A stretch of 64,000 bases of DNA, from positions 78,612 to 142,611 of the forward strand of contig JANMQY010000058.1 of the NCBI GenBank assembly GCA_031370785.1. The letters run 5' to 3'. Numbering within the stretch: the first letter of the stretch is position 1; each line of letters opens with the position of its first letter. A model generated the notes under the pieces. The model was not told the origin of the DNA. It ran no database searches and saw nothing but the letters and a program-made list of their open reading frames with translations. Made by a program: the position numbers and the translations under genes. Of the stretch, positions 8,458-18,065 are shown in pieces. This DNA is from Candidatus Eiseniibacteriota bacterium. GTDB taxonomy: Bacteria; Eisenbacteria; RBG-16-71-46.

Positions 8458-10592
8458 TGGAGTGCCCACGAGAGCTGCAGGGTGCCGTTCCAGTAGTCGG
8501 TCTCCGAGCGGGGAGTGGGCTGCGGCACGCCTGTGGTGTAAGTGATACTCCGGTCGGCGCGATAGGTTCGGCGAATATCGCCGGTGAGGCGCCCGCGCGC
8601 GCCGAGCGGCAGATTGACGCTCGCGCCGCCCGAGAAGTTCAGGGTCCTGCCCTTGCGTTGCGGGGCGCTCTCCCCGTTCTGAAAATTGTTGCGATTGGAC
8701 GCCTGGTAGTTGGGTTCCAGCACCAACGAGAGCTGCGGCGTCGGGGTGTACGAGATTCGCGAGGACAGCGTGTAGTTCTGGCTCTGGTCCGACTCGCCGA
8801 ACGCCTCGAGTCCGTCGAACTGGCGCACGAACGTGCCGCTCGGCTGGACCAGGGAGTTGTGGACCACATCGAGCGTGAGCCGGGGCGAGAGCACCGCATT
8901 GAGCGCGGTGTTGGTGCCATAGCTGAGCGAGAGCCGGTTGTTCTGGGGGAGGAAGGTGTAGAGGAGGTAGTCCGCGCTGATGCTGTTGCGCTGGTTGACG
9001 GTCAGCCCGCGCAGCAGGCGATAGCTCCATCGCCACTCAGAGCGATAGGTGCGGTCCTCGTTGTTGGCCGCGGTGCTCGAGCTCGGCAGGTTGATGAACA
9101 GCGTGCGCGTGACCTCGAGCACCACCGCGCTGTTGAACTTCTCGGACTGGGTGTAGAGCCCTTCCATCCGGTAGCTCTGGATGTACTGGTCATGGTCGAT
9201 CGGCGGCGTCCGGAAGTGTCCGAGCAGGAAGTACCGGAAAGAAGAGAGCGAGACCCGCCCGGTGGCCTTGGCCACGATCCGGGTCCCGATGTTGCGGCCG
9301 AGCGTGGCGCTGACCGAGCGCACGTAGAGCGACTCGCCGTAGCCCCCAGTGGTGTCGCGCAGCGGGAATTCCGAGCGCGAGCGCGTCAGCGTGAAGTCGT
9401 GGTCGATCGCCCATCCGGCGAGCGCATAGCGGGCAACGTAGCCGGCGCTCTGATCGTGGCGCCGGGTCTCGGCTCCGAACAGCTGACCGCTCAGCTGGCG
9501 GGTGCGCCCGTCACGCGCCTGCAGGTTGACGTACCGATCCGAATCCCTGCGGATCCGTGCGGTCGCATCGACGCCGTTGTTCTGGGTCCGGATCTGCTGG
9601 ATGCGCGTGCTGTCCTGCGGCGTTTCGACCAGCAGGTCCTTCAGGTTGAAATTGACCACGAGACCGGCTTGGGACCAGGGCTGCAACGTGAGCGTGCCGC
9701 GAGCGACCCGGGTGAGATCGTGCGTGTTCAGCTGGAACTGGGTGTTCGGCACCCGCGTGCGCGAGAGATTTCCGGCGAGCTGCCCGGTGAAATCCTGCGA
9801 CAGCCAGTCGCCCCGCGCGAAACGGACCCGACCGTTGAGGTCGCCGGAGATTCCGCGCTTCACCTGCAGCGGATTTGTCTGATCGATTACTCCGCTGAGC
9901 AGGTTCACATCGGAGCTGATGCCGTGGCCGGGCGACTGCCGGCTGCGCGCCGTGAGCTGCAGGTCGTTGTTCGAGCTGCTGAAATTGTTGCCCGGATCCG
10001 CGTTGTTGTAGCGCTCGAGATTGAGGCGCCCACCCAGCGAGAAGTCCTTCGAGAGCTTGTAGCCGCTCTCGGTGGTGGAGACGCGAGACTGCTGCAGGCT
10101 GAGCCGTCCCACGGATCGATATCGGTTCAGGCCGATGTTGGTCGTGTTGCGCAGGAACAACCCGCCCCGGATCACGTTGTAGTCCGACCCGTTGGTCCAG
10201 CCGCTCGAGGTCTGCTGGACGTTGTAGCTGCTGGTGTAGTTGAAGCTGGTGACCCGGGTGCCGGTCGCGGCCAGGGGGTTGTAGCGCTCGCGCTCGAGCA
10301 TGGCCCCCACGCTGTCCACCGGGATGGCGAGGCTGTCGGCCACCAGCACCAGCCGGTCGAGCGAGTAGCGGTACCGGATCGAGAGCGCACGCAGCGTGTC
10401 CGGGAGCATCCCCAGGCTGTCGGCCAGCGGAAACAGCCGGTTGAAGTGCAGTCCCAGCGTGTCCCGCAGCAGCGTCGTATCCGCGAACGCGAACCGCGAA
10501 GACGAGGTCTGGGCGCGGCCCGGGCCGGTCAAGGCGGCCAGCGCGAGTAGAAGTGGCAGCAGGAGGAGTGTGGCGCGTCGCAGCAGGGTCAT
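8454..10592 (-). CDS. Outer-membrane beta-barrel-like protein (712 aa, unknown family)
   Basis: It has a signal peptide (MTLLRRATLLLLPLLLALAALTGPGRAQ) and an apparently helical N-terminal ~100 aa. The remainder is rich in S/T/N/Q/R/Y/G with alternating polarity and has no hydrophobic helices. Confidence 0.7.
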   Translation of the reverse strand: MTLLRRATLLLLPLLLALAALTGPGRAQTSSSRFAFADTTLLRDTLGLHFNRLFPLADSLGMLPDTLRALSIRYRYSLDRLVLVADSLAIPVDSVGAMLERERYNPLAATGTRVTSFNYTSSYNVQQTSSGWTNGSDYNVIRGGLFLRNTTNIGLNRYRSVGRLSLQQSRVSTTESGYKLSKDFSLGGRLNLERYNNADPGNNFSSSNNDLQLTARSRQSPGHGISSDVNLLSGVIDQTNPLQVKRGISGDLNGRVRFARGDWLSQDFTGQLAGNLSRTRVPNTQFQLNTHDLTRVARGTLTLQPWSQAGLVVNFNLKDLLVETPQDSTRIQQIRTQNNGVDATARIRRDSDRYVNLQARDGRTRQLSGQLFGAETRRHDQSAGYVARYALAGWAIDHDFTLTRSRSEFPLRDTTGGYGESLYVRSVSATLGRNIGTRIVAKATGRVSLSSFRYFLLGHFRTPPIDHDQYIQSYRMEGLYTQSEKFNSAVVLEVTRTLFINLPSSSTAANNEDRTYRSEWRWSYRLLRGLTVNQRNSISADYLLYTFLPQNNRLSLSYGTNTALNAVLSPRLTLDVVHNSLVQPSGTFVRQFDGLEAFGESDQSQNYTLSSRISYTPTPQLSLVLEPNYQASNRNNFQNGESAPQRKGRTLNFSGGASVNLPLGARGRLTGDIRRTYRADRSITYTTGVPQPTPRSETDYWNGTLQLSWALQ

Positions 10593-10755
10593 TCGGGCAC
10601 GCGGTGGGGCGTGATCACGCGGGAAAGGCTAGCATCGGGCACGAAGCCGGGTCAACGACACGAGGTACGCGCGGGCGCACGCCTCGCCACGAGCGGCGGG
10701 TGGGGTGCGTAGCGGCGCGCAGATTGATACCCCGCCAGGTGTCCTCGAGAGCCAC

Positions 10756-10789
10756 GAAAAAGCGCCGGCGCCCATGAAGGGCGCCGGCG
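10756..10789 (-). terminator. Intrinsic-terminator-like hairpin oriented on the minus strand
   Basis: There is a perfect 11-bp stem (CGCCGGCGCCC / GGGCGCCGGCG) with loop ATGAA. On the minus strand the stem is followed by TTTTTCG; the plus strand has an A-run before the stem. Confidence 0.4.
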
Positions 10790-11056
10790 GGCGAGTGCGG
10801 CGACATGTCCTGACGTCGCGAAATCGTTGCCGAATCCGACGCCGCTCGAGCCTCACCACCTCGGCGGCCGGCGTCGTGGTTCCTCCTGCACGTCCTGCCC
10901 GTGGGGATTAGTCGCTTGCAGCGCTCAAGTTTGAGGTGCTAGCGTGCCGAAGCTTGGCGGGCAAGGACGCCCGATCGCCCTCCTCGCAAGACTCCTTTCC
11001 CGATATCAGAACCCTGCGTCACCCGCGTCCGCACTAAACCTACTGGAGAGGCACGG

Positions 11057-12094
11057 ATGTTCCTCGACAGCCTGATGGGTTTCTTTTCGACCGACGTTGC
11101 CATGGACCTCGGCACCGCCAATACCCTGGTCTTCGTCAAGGGCCGCGGCATCGTCCTGAACGAACCGTCCGTGGTGGCCGTGGACAAGGCGACCGGGAAG
11201 GTCCGGGCGGTGGGGAGCGAGGCCAAGCTCATGCTCGGCCGCACCCCGGATGAGATCAGCGCGGTACGCCCCCTCAAGGACGGCGTGATCGCCGATTTCG
11301 AGCTGACCGAGGACCTGATGCGGGAGTTCGTGCACCGGGTCCAGAAGCACAAGTTCCTGGTGCGGCCCCGGATCATCATCTGCGTGCCGTCGGGGATCAC
11401 CGAGGTCGAGAAGCGCGCGGTCATCGACTCGGCAGTCCGTGCCGGCGCCCGCGAGGTGCTGCTGGTGCCCGAACCCATCGCCGCGGCGATCGGGGTGGGA
11501 CTCCCGGTCGACACCCCGACCGGCAACATGGTCGTCGACATCGGGGGCGGCACCACCGAGATCGCGGTCATCGCCTTGAACGGCATCGTGACCAAGACCT
11601 CGATCCGCACCGGCGGCGACGAGATGGACGAAGCGATCATGACCTACGCCAAGAAGGCGTACAACATGCTCATCGGCGAACAGACCGCCGAGCGCATCAA
11701 GATCGAGATCGGCTCGGCCTTCCCGTTGCCTGAAGAGATGGACATGGAGATCAAGGGCCGCGATCTGGTGCGCGGCATCCCGCGCACACTGCGCGTCTCC
11801 AGCGTCGAGATCCGTGAGGCGCTGCAGGAACCGGTCGGACAGATCGTGAACGCATTGCGCGAGTGCCTGGAACGCACACCGCCCGAACTGGCCGCGGACA
11901 TCGTGGACCGGGGCATCTTCATGACGGGGGGCGGTGCGCTGCTGCGCGGCCTCGATCTGCTTCTGCGCGAAGTCACCAACCTCAACATCCGTGTCGCCCA
12001 GGACCCGCTCACCTGCGTAGTGCTCGGGGCCGGCAAGATCCTCGAGCAGATCGAGGACTTCGAAAAGGTGATCCTGAGCGGCCACAAGGACTGA
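11057..12094 (+). CDS. mreB: Rod shape-determining actin homolog MreB
   Basis: MreB motifs are present (DLGTANTLVFV, DIGGGTTEIAV). A GGAGAGG RBS precedes the start. Confidence 0.95.
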   Translation: MFLDSLMGFFSTDVAMDLGTANTLVFVKGRGIVLNEPSVVAVDKATGKVRAVGSEAKLMLGRTPDEISAVRPLKDGVIADFELTEDLMREFVHRVQKHKFLVRPRIIICVPSGITEVEKRAVIDSAVRAGAREVLLVPEPIAAAIGVGLPVDTPTGNMVVDIGGGTTEIAVIALNGIVTKTSIRTGGDEMDEAIMTYAKKAYNMLIGEQTAERIKIEIGSAFPLPEEMDMEIKGRDLVRGIPRTLRVSSVEIREALQEPVGQIVNALRECLERTPPELAADIVDRGIFMTGGGALLRGLDLLLREVTNLNIRVAQDPLTCVVLGAGKILEQIEDFEKVILSGHKD

Positions 12095-12097
12095 CGT

Positions 12098-12907
12098 ATG
12101 GGTGGCTTTCTGCCCCCCGCCCAGCGCCGCAGTAGCGCCCTTCTGGGACTCTACGCGGCGCTTTCGCTTCTGATGCTGATGACCGGAGACCGCCTGCCGC
12201 AGCCGCTGCTCCGCTCGGTCGGGGCGTTCCTGTTCGCGCCGTTCGATCGCGCGGTACAGACCGTGGACCGCGCAGCATCGGCGTGGCGCGACAACCAGCA
12301 GCTGCACCAGCGCATCGCGGAGCTCGAGATCGAGAACTCGCGACTGCGCGACGCCGGGGTCGAGAATGCGCGCCTTCGCGATCAGCTCCACCTCTCGACC
12401 TATCGCGGCTACCCGGTGAAGCCGGTCGAGGTTCTGGCGCTCTCGGGAGAAGCGGTTCCGGCCGCGGCGACCCTGAGCGCCGGATCGAAACAGGGCGTGC
12501 GCGAAGGAGACGGCGTGGTGACCAGCGACGGCCTGCTCGGGCGGATCGGCGAGAGCTACCCGGGGTACAGTCGGGTGGTGCTGCTCACCGATCTCAACTC
12601 GGCGGTTTCGTGCGCGGTCGAGAGCACCGGCGTGCTCGGCGTGTTGCGCTTCACCATCGCGCCCCATCCCCGGCTGGTGCTGACCGGCGTGCCGCTCACC
12701 GACACGGTGCGGATCGGGCAGCGCGTCATCACTTCGGGGCTCTCGCGCCGCTACCCGCGCGGGCTTCCGGTCGGCTCGGTGATCCGGCTCGGCCGCGACC
12801 CGAGCGGTCTGGTTCAGGACATCGAGGTCGAGCCGGCCGCGCGCCTTTCGCGCCTCCGGCACGCGTTCGTGCTGCCGCGCCCGGCCACCGCGGAGCTGCG
12901 CCCATGA
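12098..12907 (+). CDS. mreC: Rod shape-determining protein MreC
   Basis: It has a coiled-coil N-terminus and the MreC beta domain, and lies directly downstream of mreB. Confidence 0.9.
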   Translation: MGGFLPPAQRRSSALLGLYAALSLLMLMTGDRLPQPLLRSVGAFLFAPFDRAVQTVDRAASAWRDNQQLHQRIAELEIENSRLRDAGVENARLRDQLHLSTYRGYPVKPVEVLALSGEAVPAAATLSAGSKQGVREGDGVVTSDGLLGRIGESYPGYSRVVLLTDLNSAVSCAVESTGVLGVLRFTIAPHPRLVLTGVPLTDTVRIGQRVITSGLSRRYPRGLPVGSVIRLGRDPSGLVQDIEVEPAARLSRLRHAFVLPRPATAELRP

Positions 12908-13416
12908 AGAACGTCCTGGTGCTGATCACCGTGGCGATGATCGCGCTGCTGCTGCGCTCGACCGCGCTCACCGCGCTGACCGCGCGCGGACTGGTGCTCG
13001 ACGTGCTCGCCTTTGCGACCGTGGTCTGGGCGCTGCGCTCCGGGGAAACCTGGGGCAGCGGTTTCGGTTTCCTGGTGGGGCTGGCTGCGGACCTCGATGC
13101 TGCGCACTGGCTGGGCCGGCATGCGCTGATCCTGACGCTCACCGGCTACGCGGTAGGAAGGCTCGGCCGGACGCTGGTCCGTGACAGCGCACGCACCCAG
13201 TTCGTGCTGCTGCTCCTCGCGACGCTCGTGCACCAGGGCTGGGCGGTCGCGTTCGAGTTCGGAGGCATCCAGGGCTGGCCCTACCTGCTCATGCGCGTCG
13301 TGGTCGCCGCGGTCGCCAGCGCGACGCTCGGCACGCTGCTCCTCTCGCTGGCGCGCCTCGTCAGCGGTCAACCCCTGTTCGGACATGCTGTCCTCGAATC
13401 AAGTTCGTCGAGCTAG
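12904..13416 (+). CDS. mreD: Rod shape-determining protein MreD
   Basis: The ATG at 12904 overlaps the mreC stop as ATGA. The 170-aa polytopic membrane protein lies between mreC and mrdA. Confidence 0.8.
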   Translation: MKNVLVLITVAMIALLLRSTALTALTARGLVLDVLAFATVVWALRSGETWGSGFGFLVGLAADLDAAHWLGRHALILTLTGYAVGRLGRTLVRDSARTQFVLLLLATLVHQGWAVAFEFGGIQGWPYLLMRVVVAAVASATLGTLLLSLARLVSGQPLFGHAVLESSSSS

Positions 13417-15241
13417 GGAAGCGCGTTACGCGCTGCTCACCGGGATGGTCATGCTCGGATTCGGGCTCGTGGTCGCGGGACTGCTTCGCCTCCAGGTGTT
13501 CCAGCACGATCAGTACGTGGAGCTCTCCAAGGAGAACCGGGTCCGGCTCGAGGTGCTGCGCGCTCCGCGCGGCGCGATCTACGATCGAAGGGGAGAGCTG
13601 CTCGCGGACAGCGCGCCGAGCTTCAACGTCGTGTTCCGTCCTTTCCCGAGCGAGAGCGTCGCGTCGGCGCGCCTCACCGAGAGCCCGGGCTGGATCGCGC
13701 GGGTCGCCGAGATGGTCGAGCTCGACAGCGCCGAAGTGCGGGCCCGGGTGAAGGTGGCCAACGGCAGCGGTCAGAACGCATCGCTGCGCCGCAATGCGCC
13801 GCCGCCGGTGGTCGCGGCGGTGGAGGAGTGGCGCGCCGAGCTGCCCGGAATCGAAGTGCAGATCGAGCCGCTCCGCCACTACCCGAACGGGACCTTCGCG
13901 TCGCACCTGCTGGGCTACGCCGGCGAGATCAACACCGCCGAGCTGGATTCCTTGCAGCTTCAGGGCTATCGACCCGGGGACCTGATCGGGCGCACCGGAA
14001 TCGAGCGGCGCTACGAAGAGTCCTTGCGCGGGCGCGACGGCGCCGAGTACGTCGTGGTCAACGCGATGGGCAAGCGGGTGACGACGCTGAGCGAGGGCCC
14101 TCCGCTCAGGCCGGAAGCCGGTCACAACCTGCGCCTCACGCTCGACCTCAAGGTGCAGCGCGCGCTGGAAGAGGCGATGGCCGGCGTGGAGCGGGGCGGC
14201 GCGGTCGCGATCGACCCACGCGACGGCGGCGTTCTCGGCATGGTGAGCCGCCCGGCGTTCGATCCGAACGAGTTCTCGGCCGGTCTTTCGGTGGCGCGCT
14301 GGAAGCAGCTCTCGGGCGGCGATCTGAATCCGCTGCTCAACCGCGCGCTGCAGGGCGTCTATCCGCCGGGTTCGACGTTCAAGATCGTCTCGATGCTGGC
14401 CGCGCTGCGCTACGGAGTCGCCAGCGCCCGCACCACCCTGGCCCCGTGCACCGGCCACTGGATCTTCGGCGACCGCTCGTTCGGATGCTGGAAGGCAGCC
14501 GGGCACGGCGTGCTCGACTTCATCGGCGCCCTGCAGCATTCGTGCGACGTGTATTTCTATCAGATCGGGCCGCGCATCGGACTCCCGCATCTGGTGGAGA
14601 CCGCGCGCGCCCTCGGCCTCGGCGAGCGCACCGGCGTGGATCTGCCGCAGGAGAGCCGCGGGCTGATTCCGGACGACGCGTGGTACAACCGGCGCTGGGG
14701 CGAGGGAAGGTGGCGCAAGGGTATGATGCTGAACCTGGCGATCGGGCAGGGCGAGCTGCTGGTCACGCCGCTCCAGCTCGCGCTGATGGCCGCGCAGGTC
14801 GCCGAGAGCGGCCGCCCGATGCGCCCGCACGTGGTCGAGGACGTGGTCGGCGCGCCCGAGTTCAAGGTGGATCGGCCGGTCGAGCCCGGCCTGATCGCGG
14901 AACCGGCGGTGTGGAGCGCGGTCCAGCAGGCGATGGAGCGGGTGGTGGACTCGGGCACCGGCACCGCGGCCAGGGTCCAGGGGGTACGGGTCGGCGGCAA
15001 GACCGGCACCTCTCAGAACCCGCACGGAAAGGATCACGCCCTGTTCGTCTGCTACGCGCCGGTCAACGATCCGCAGATCGCGATCGCGGTGGTGATCGAG
15101 AACATCGGACACGGCGGCACGTTCGCGGCGCCGCCGGCGGCCGCGGTGATCCGCCGCCTGTTCCTGCCCGACTCGCTTCAGCCGAAACACGTGGTCGTCC
15201 TGCCGCTCCCGGACACCTCGGCGGTGCGCGATGCCGACTAG
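13385..15241 (+). CDS. mrdA: Penicillin-binding protein 2 (peptidoglycan D,D-transpeptidase)
   Basis: An N-terminal TM is followed by the PBP dimerisation domain and a transpeptidase with STFK and KTGT motifs. The start at 13385 gives a PBP2-like cytoplasmic tail; 13445 is an alternative. Confidence 0.9.
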   Translation: MLSSNQVRRAREARYALLTGMVMLGFGLVVAGLLRLQVFQHDQYVELSKENRVRLEVLRAPRGAIYDRRGELLADSAPSFNVVFRPFPSESVASARLTESPGWIARVAEMVELDSAEVRARVKVANGSGQNASLRRNAPPPVVAAVEEWRAELPGIEVQIEPLRHYPNGTFASHLLGYAGEINTAELDSLQLQGYRPGDLIGRTGIERRYEESLRGRDGAEYVVVNAMGKRVTTLSEGPPLRPEAGHNLRLTLDLKVQRALEEAMAGVERGGAVAIDPRDGGVLGMVSRPAFDPNEFSAGLSVARWKQLSGGDLNPLLNRALQGVYPPGSTFKIVSMLAALRYGVASARTTLAPCTGHWIFGDRSFGCWKAAGHGVLDFIGALQHSCDVYFYQIGPRIGLPHLVETARALGLGERTGVDLPQESRGLIPDDAWYNRRWGEGRWRKGMMLNLAIGQGELLVTPLQLALMAAQVAESGRPMRPHVVEDVVGAPEFKVDRPVEPGLIAEPAVWSAVQQAMERVVDSGTGTAARVQGVRVGGKTGTSQNPHGKDHALFVCYAPVNDPQIAIAVVIENIGHGGTFAAPPAAAVIRRLFLPDSLQPKHVVVLPLPDTSAVRDAD

Positions 15242-16457
15242 GTTCCGGCTGCGCCTGCCCGCCGTCGACGTTCCGCTCGCGCTTGCCGCGATCGCGCTGG
15301 TGACGTTCGGGCTGCTGGTGGTGTACAGCGCCACCTCGGTCCCGGGCGCGCACGAGGGGCTGTGGACCAAGCAGCTGATGTGGGCGCTGATCGCGCTGGC
15401 CGCCGCATGCGTGGCCGCGGCGATCCATCATCGCGCCTACGATTCGCTGGCCTATCCGTTCTACGGCATCTCACTGTTGATGCTGATCGCGGTGCTGGTG
15501 GCGGGATCGAGCGCGATGGGCGCCAGGCGCTGGCTCGACCTGGGTCCGATCCGATTCCAGCCCTCCGAGCTGGCGAAGCTGGCGACCGTGCTCATGCTGG
15601 CGCGCAGATTCGACAATCCCAAGCTCGACCTGACCCGGATGCGCTACTGGCTGCCGGCGCTGCTGCTCACCCTGGTGCCGTTCGCGCTGGTCGCGCGCGA
15701 GCCCGATCTGGGCACCGCGCTCTCGTTCCCGGTGATCCTCGTCACCATGTACTACTGGGCGGGGATGCCGCTGGGACGCCTGCTGCTCGGGCTGTCGCCG
15801 GTGTTCAACGCAGTGCTGTTCTTCGCGACCGGTTCGCTGTGGTGGTTCGCCGGCCTGCTCGCGGTGCTGCTCGCCGGGGTCCGTCCCCGCGTCACCGCGC
15901 TCGTGACCGTGCTCCTGCTCAATGGCGTGGTGGCGTACGCGCTGCCGCACGTTTGGAATCACATGCACGACTATCAGAAGCGGAGAATCGAGACCTTCAT
16001 GAATCCCGGCGCCGATCCCTACGGGGCGGGCTATCAGATCATCCAGTCGCAGATCGCGATCGGCTCGGGCGGCGCCGCGGGGAAGGGCTACCTCAAGGGC
16101 TCGCAGAAGGCGCTCTCGTTCCTGCCCATGCGTCACACCGACTTCATCTACTCGGTGGTCGGGGAGGAGCTGGGCTTCATTGGCGCGTTGACGGTGGTGT
16201 TACTGTACGCGGTCATCATCGTGCGCGGCATCCGGCTGGCGGCGGTGGTCCGCAATGGATTCGCGAGCCTGCTTGCGGTAGGGCTGGTTTCCGCGCTCTT
16301 CTTTCAGATCATGGTCAACATGCTCATGACCATCGGCTGGGCGCCGGTCACCGGTCTGCCCCTGCCGCTTCTGTCCTATGGCGGGACCGCGCTGCTCGTG
16401 AACGGCATTCAGATCGGCCTGCTCCAGAACGTGGCGCTGCGCCGCAAGGAGCTCTGA
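15231..16457 (+). CDS. rodA: Peptidoglycan glycosyltransferase RodA (SEDS family)
   Basis: This is a SEDS-family polytopic membrane protein. It overlaps the mrdA 3' end. Confidence 0.92.
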   Translation: MPTRFRLRLPAVDVPLALAAIALVTFGLLVVYSATSVPGAHEGLWTKQLMWALIALAAACVAAAIHHRAYDSLAYPFYGISLLMLIAVLVAGSSAMGARRWLDLGPIRFQPSELAKLATVLMLARRFDNPKLDLTRMRYWLPALLLTLVPFALVAREPDLGTALSFPVILVTMYYWAGMPLGRLLLGLSPVFNAVLFFATGSLWWFAGLLAVLLAGVRPRVTALVTVLLLNGVVAYALPHVWNHMHDYQKRRIETFMNPGADPYGAGYQIIQSQIAIGSGGAAGKGYLKGSQKALSFLPMRHTDFIYSVVGEELGFIGALTVVLLYAVIIVRGIRLAAVVRNGFASLLAVGLVSALFFQIMVNMLMTIGWAPVTGLPLPLLSYGGTALLVNGIQIGLLQNVALRRKEL

Positions 16458-16462
16458 CCCAG

Positions 16463-17245
16463 GTGCATCCCGAAATCCTTCATTGGGGATTTCTCCATAT
16501 CCGCTCGTACGGCCTGATGCTGGCCATCGCGTTCCTCGCCGGCACCTGGCTCGGCCTGAGCGAGGCGCGCCGGCGAGGTCTCGACGAGGACAAGATGGTC
16601 ACCGTGATCCTCGCGGCGCTGGTCGCCTCGATCGTCGGAGCGCGCGCTCTGTATGTGCTCGAGCACATCGGCGAGTTCCGTCGCGAGTGGGGAAGCGTGC
16701 TCGCGCTGTGGCAGGGCGGCCTGACCCTCTACGGCGGGGTGGTGCTCGGCACGGTGGTGGGGCTCTCGACCGCGCGCCAGATCGGGCTCCCGATGTGGAG
16801 TGTCGCCGATGCACTCACTCCCTCGCTCGCGCTCGGAACCATGTTCGGACGGGTCGGGTGCTATCTCAATGGGTGCTGCTATGGCCGGCCGACGCGGACG
16901 CCGTGGGGCGTGGTGTTTCCGGCCGACTCGTTCGCCGGACTCGAGTTCGGCAACGCTCCGATCCATCCTTCGCAGCTCTATTTCGCACTCGCCGGGCTCG
17001 CGCTGTTCCTGATCTGCTGGGCGTTGCGCCGAAGGCTGGGGGTGCCCGGAATGCTGTTCTGGCTGTTCATCGTGCTGTTCGCGCTGGTGCGCATTCCGCT
17101 CGACTTCACCCGAGCGTACGAGGCCGACGCGATGGTGCTGCGCCTCGGGGTGGTGGATCTCACCGAGAGCCAGCTGACCAGCATCGCCCTCGCGCTGTTC
17201 GGCGCGCTCATGATGGTGCGCCTGAAGCGCGAGAGCCGGGCTTGA
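16463..17245 (+). CDS. lgt: Prolipoprotein diacylglyceryl transferase
   Basis: The N-terminus aligns with Lgt (ILHWGFLHIRSYGLMLAIAF) and the protein is about 260 aa with a GTG start. Confidence 0.85.
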   Translation: MHPEILHWGFLHIRSYGLMLAIAFLAGTWLGLSEARRRGLDEDKMVTVILAALVASIVGARALYVLEHIGEFRREWGSVLALWQGGLTLYGGVVLGTVVGLSTARQIGLPMWSVADALTPSLALGTMFGRVGCYLNGCCYGRPTRTPWGVVFPADSFAGLEFGNAPIHPSQLYFALAGLALFLICWALRRRLGVPGMLFWLFIVLFALVRIPLDFTRAYEADAMVLRLGVVDLTESQLTSIALALFGALMMVRLKRESRA

Positions 17246-17249
17246 TCCG

Positions 17250-18065
17250 GTGGGATCGTTCTGCCGGCTCGGGGTGCTGGGCGATCCGCTCACCTTCACG
17301 CGCTCTCCGGATCTGCACCGCGCCGGGCTCGCGGCCATCGGCTGGAGCGGCGAGTCGGCGGCGCTGCGCACCGGTGTGGATGCGCTGGGCATGAGGCTGG
17401 CCGCGCTGGCCGCGCAGGGCTGGCGCGGGGTCAACCTGACCCACCCCCTCAAGAGTGCGGCGCTCGACCTTCTCGATCGGGTGGCGCCCTCCGCCGCGCT
17501 CGCACGCTCGGTCAACACGGTCGGCTTCGGACCCGACGGATGGTGGGGCGAGAGCACCGACGGCCCGGGCTTCATCGATCTGCTGGCGGCGCTCGACCGC
17601 GATCCCGCCGTCCAGCGCACCGTCCTTCTCGGCGCGGGTGGCGCTGCGCGCAGCGTCGGCCTCGCGCTCCTCGAGAAGGGCGGCCTCGGGCTGACCGTGA
17701 GCGCGCGCCGGCCCGAGAGCGCGCTCGAGGAATGGCGCGACGTGCCGGGCGCGACGATCGTGGGATGGCGGAGCGCGGAGGAGAAATTGGCGCTCGAGAG
17801 TGCGACGCTGGTGGTGAACGCGACGCCGCTCTCCGGGCGCGACTGGCCGGCGCCGCTCGATGGGCTCTCGCGCGGCACGCTGGTCGTGGATCTGGTCTAC
17901 GGCGAGGCGCCCACACCGTGGGTCGAGCAGGCGCGTGCGCGCGGGCTGGATGCGTGTGACGGACTGGGTCTGCTGGTGTTCCAGGCGCGCCGCTCGCTCG
18001 CGCTGTGGACCGGCGCCGAGATCCCGCTGGCTCCGCTGCTGCGCGCGGTCGGCTGGCCGAGATGA
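17250..18065 (+). CDS. aroE: Shikimate dehydrogenase
   Basis: The N-terminal substrate domain and the NADP-binding motif LLGAGGAARSV are present. The start is GTG. Confidence 0.88.
   Translation: MGSFCRLGVLGDPLTFTRSPDLHRAGLAAIGWSGESAALRTGVDALGMRLAALAAQGWRGVNLTHPLKSAALDLLDRVAPSAALARSVNTVGFGPDGWWGESTDGPGFIDLLAALDRDPAVQRTVLLGAGGAARSVGLALLEKGGLGLTVSARRPESALEEWRDVPGATIVGWRSAEEKLALESATLVVNATPLSGRDWPAPLDGLSRGTLVVDLVYGEAPTPWVEQARARGLDACDGLGLLVFQARRSLALWTGAEIPLAPLLRAVGWPR

Noticed and set aside
10790-11056. tRNA or other structured RNA gene in the mreB upstream region
   Set aside because: No T-loop (GTTCGAATC-like) or cloverleaf-compatible segments were found. Only the terminator hairpin is evident.
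11006-12862. 618-aa minus-strand ORF (also 10939-11640) antisense to mreB/mreC
   Set aside because: mreB and mreC are unambiguous on the plus strand. The antisense ORF is low-complexity (R/A/G/D-rich) with no motifs.
13361-15370. 669-aa minus-strand ORF antisense to mrdA (and 13828-15303 plus-strand alternate frame)
   Set aside because: It is a spurious high-GC open frame. mrdA has PBP active-site motifs in its own frame.
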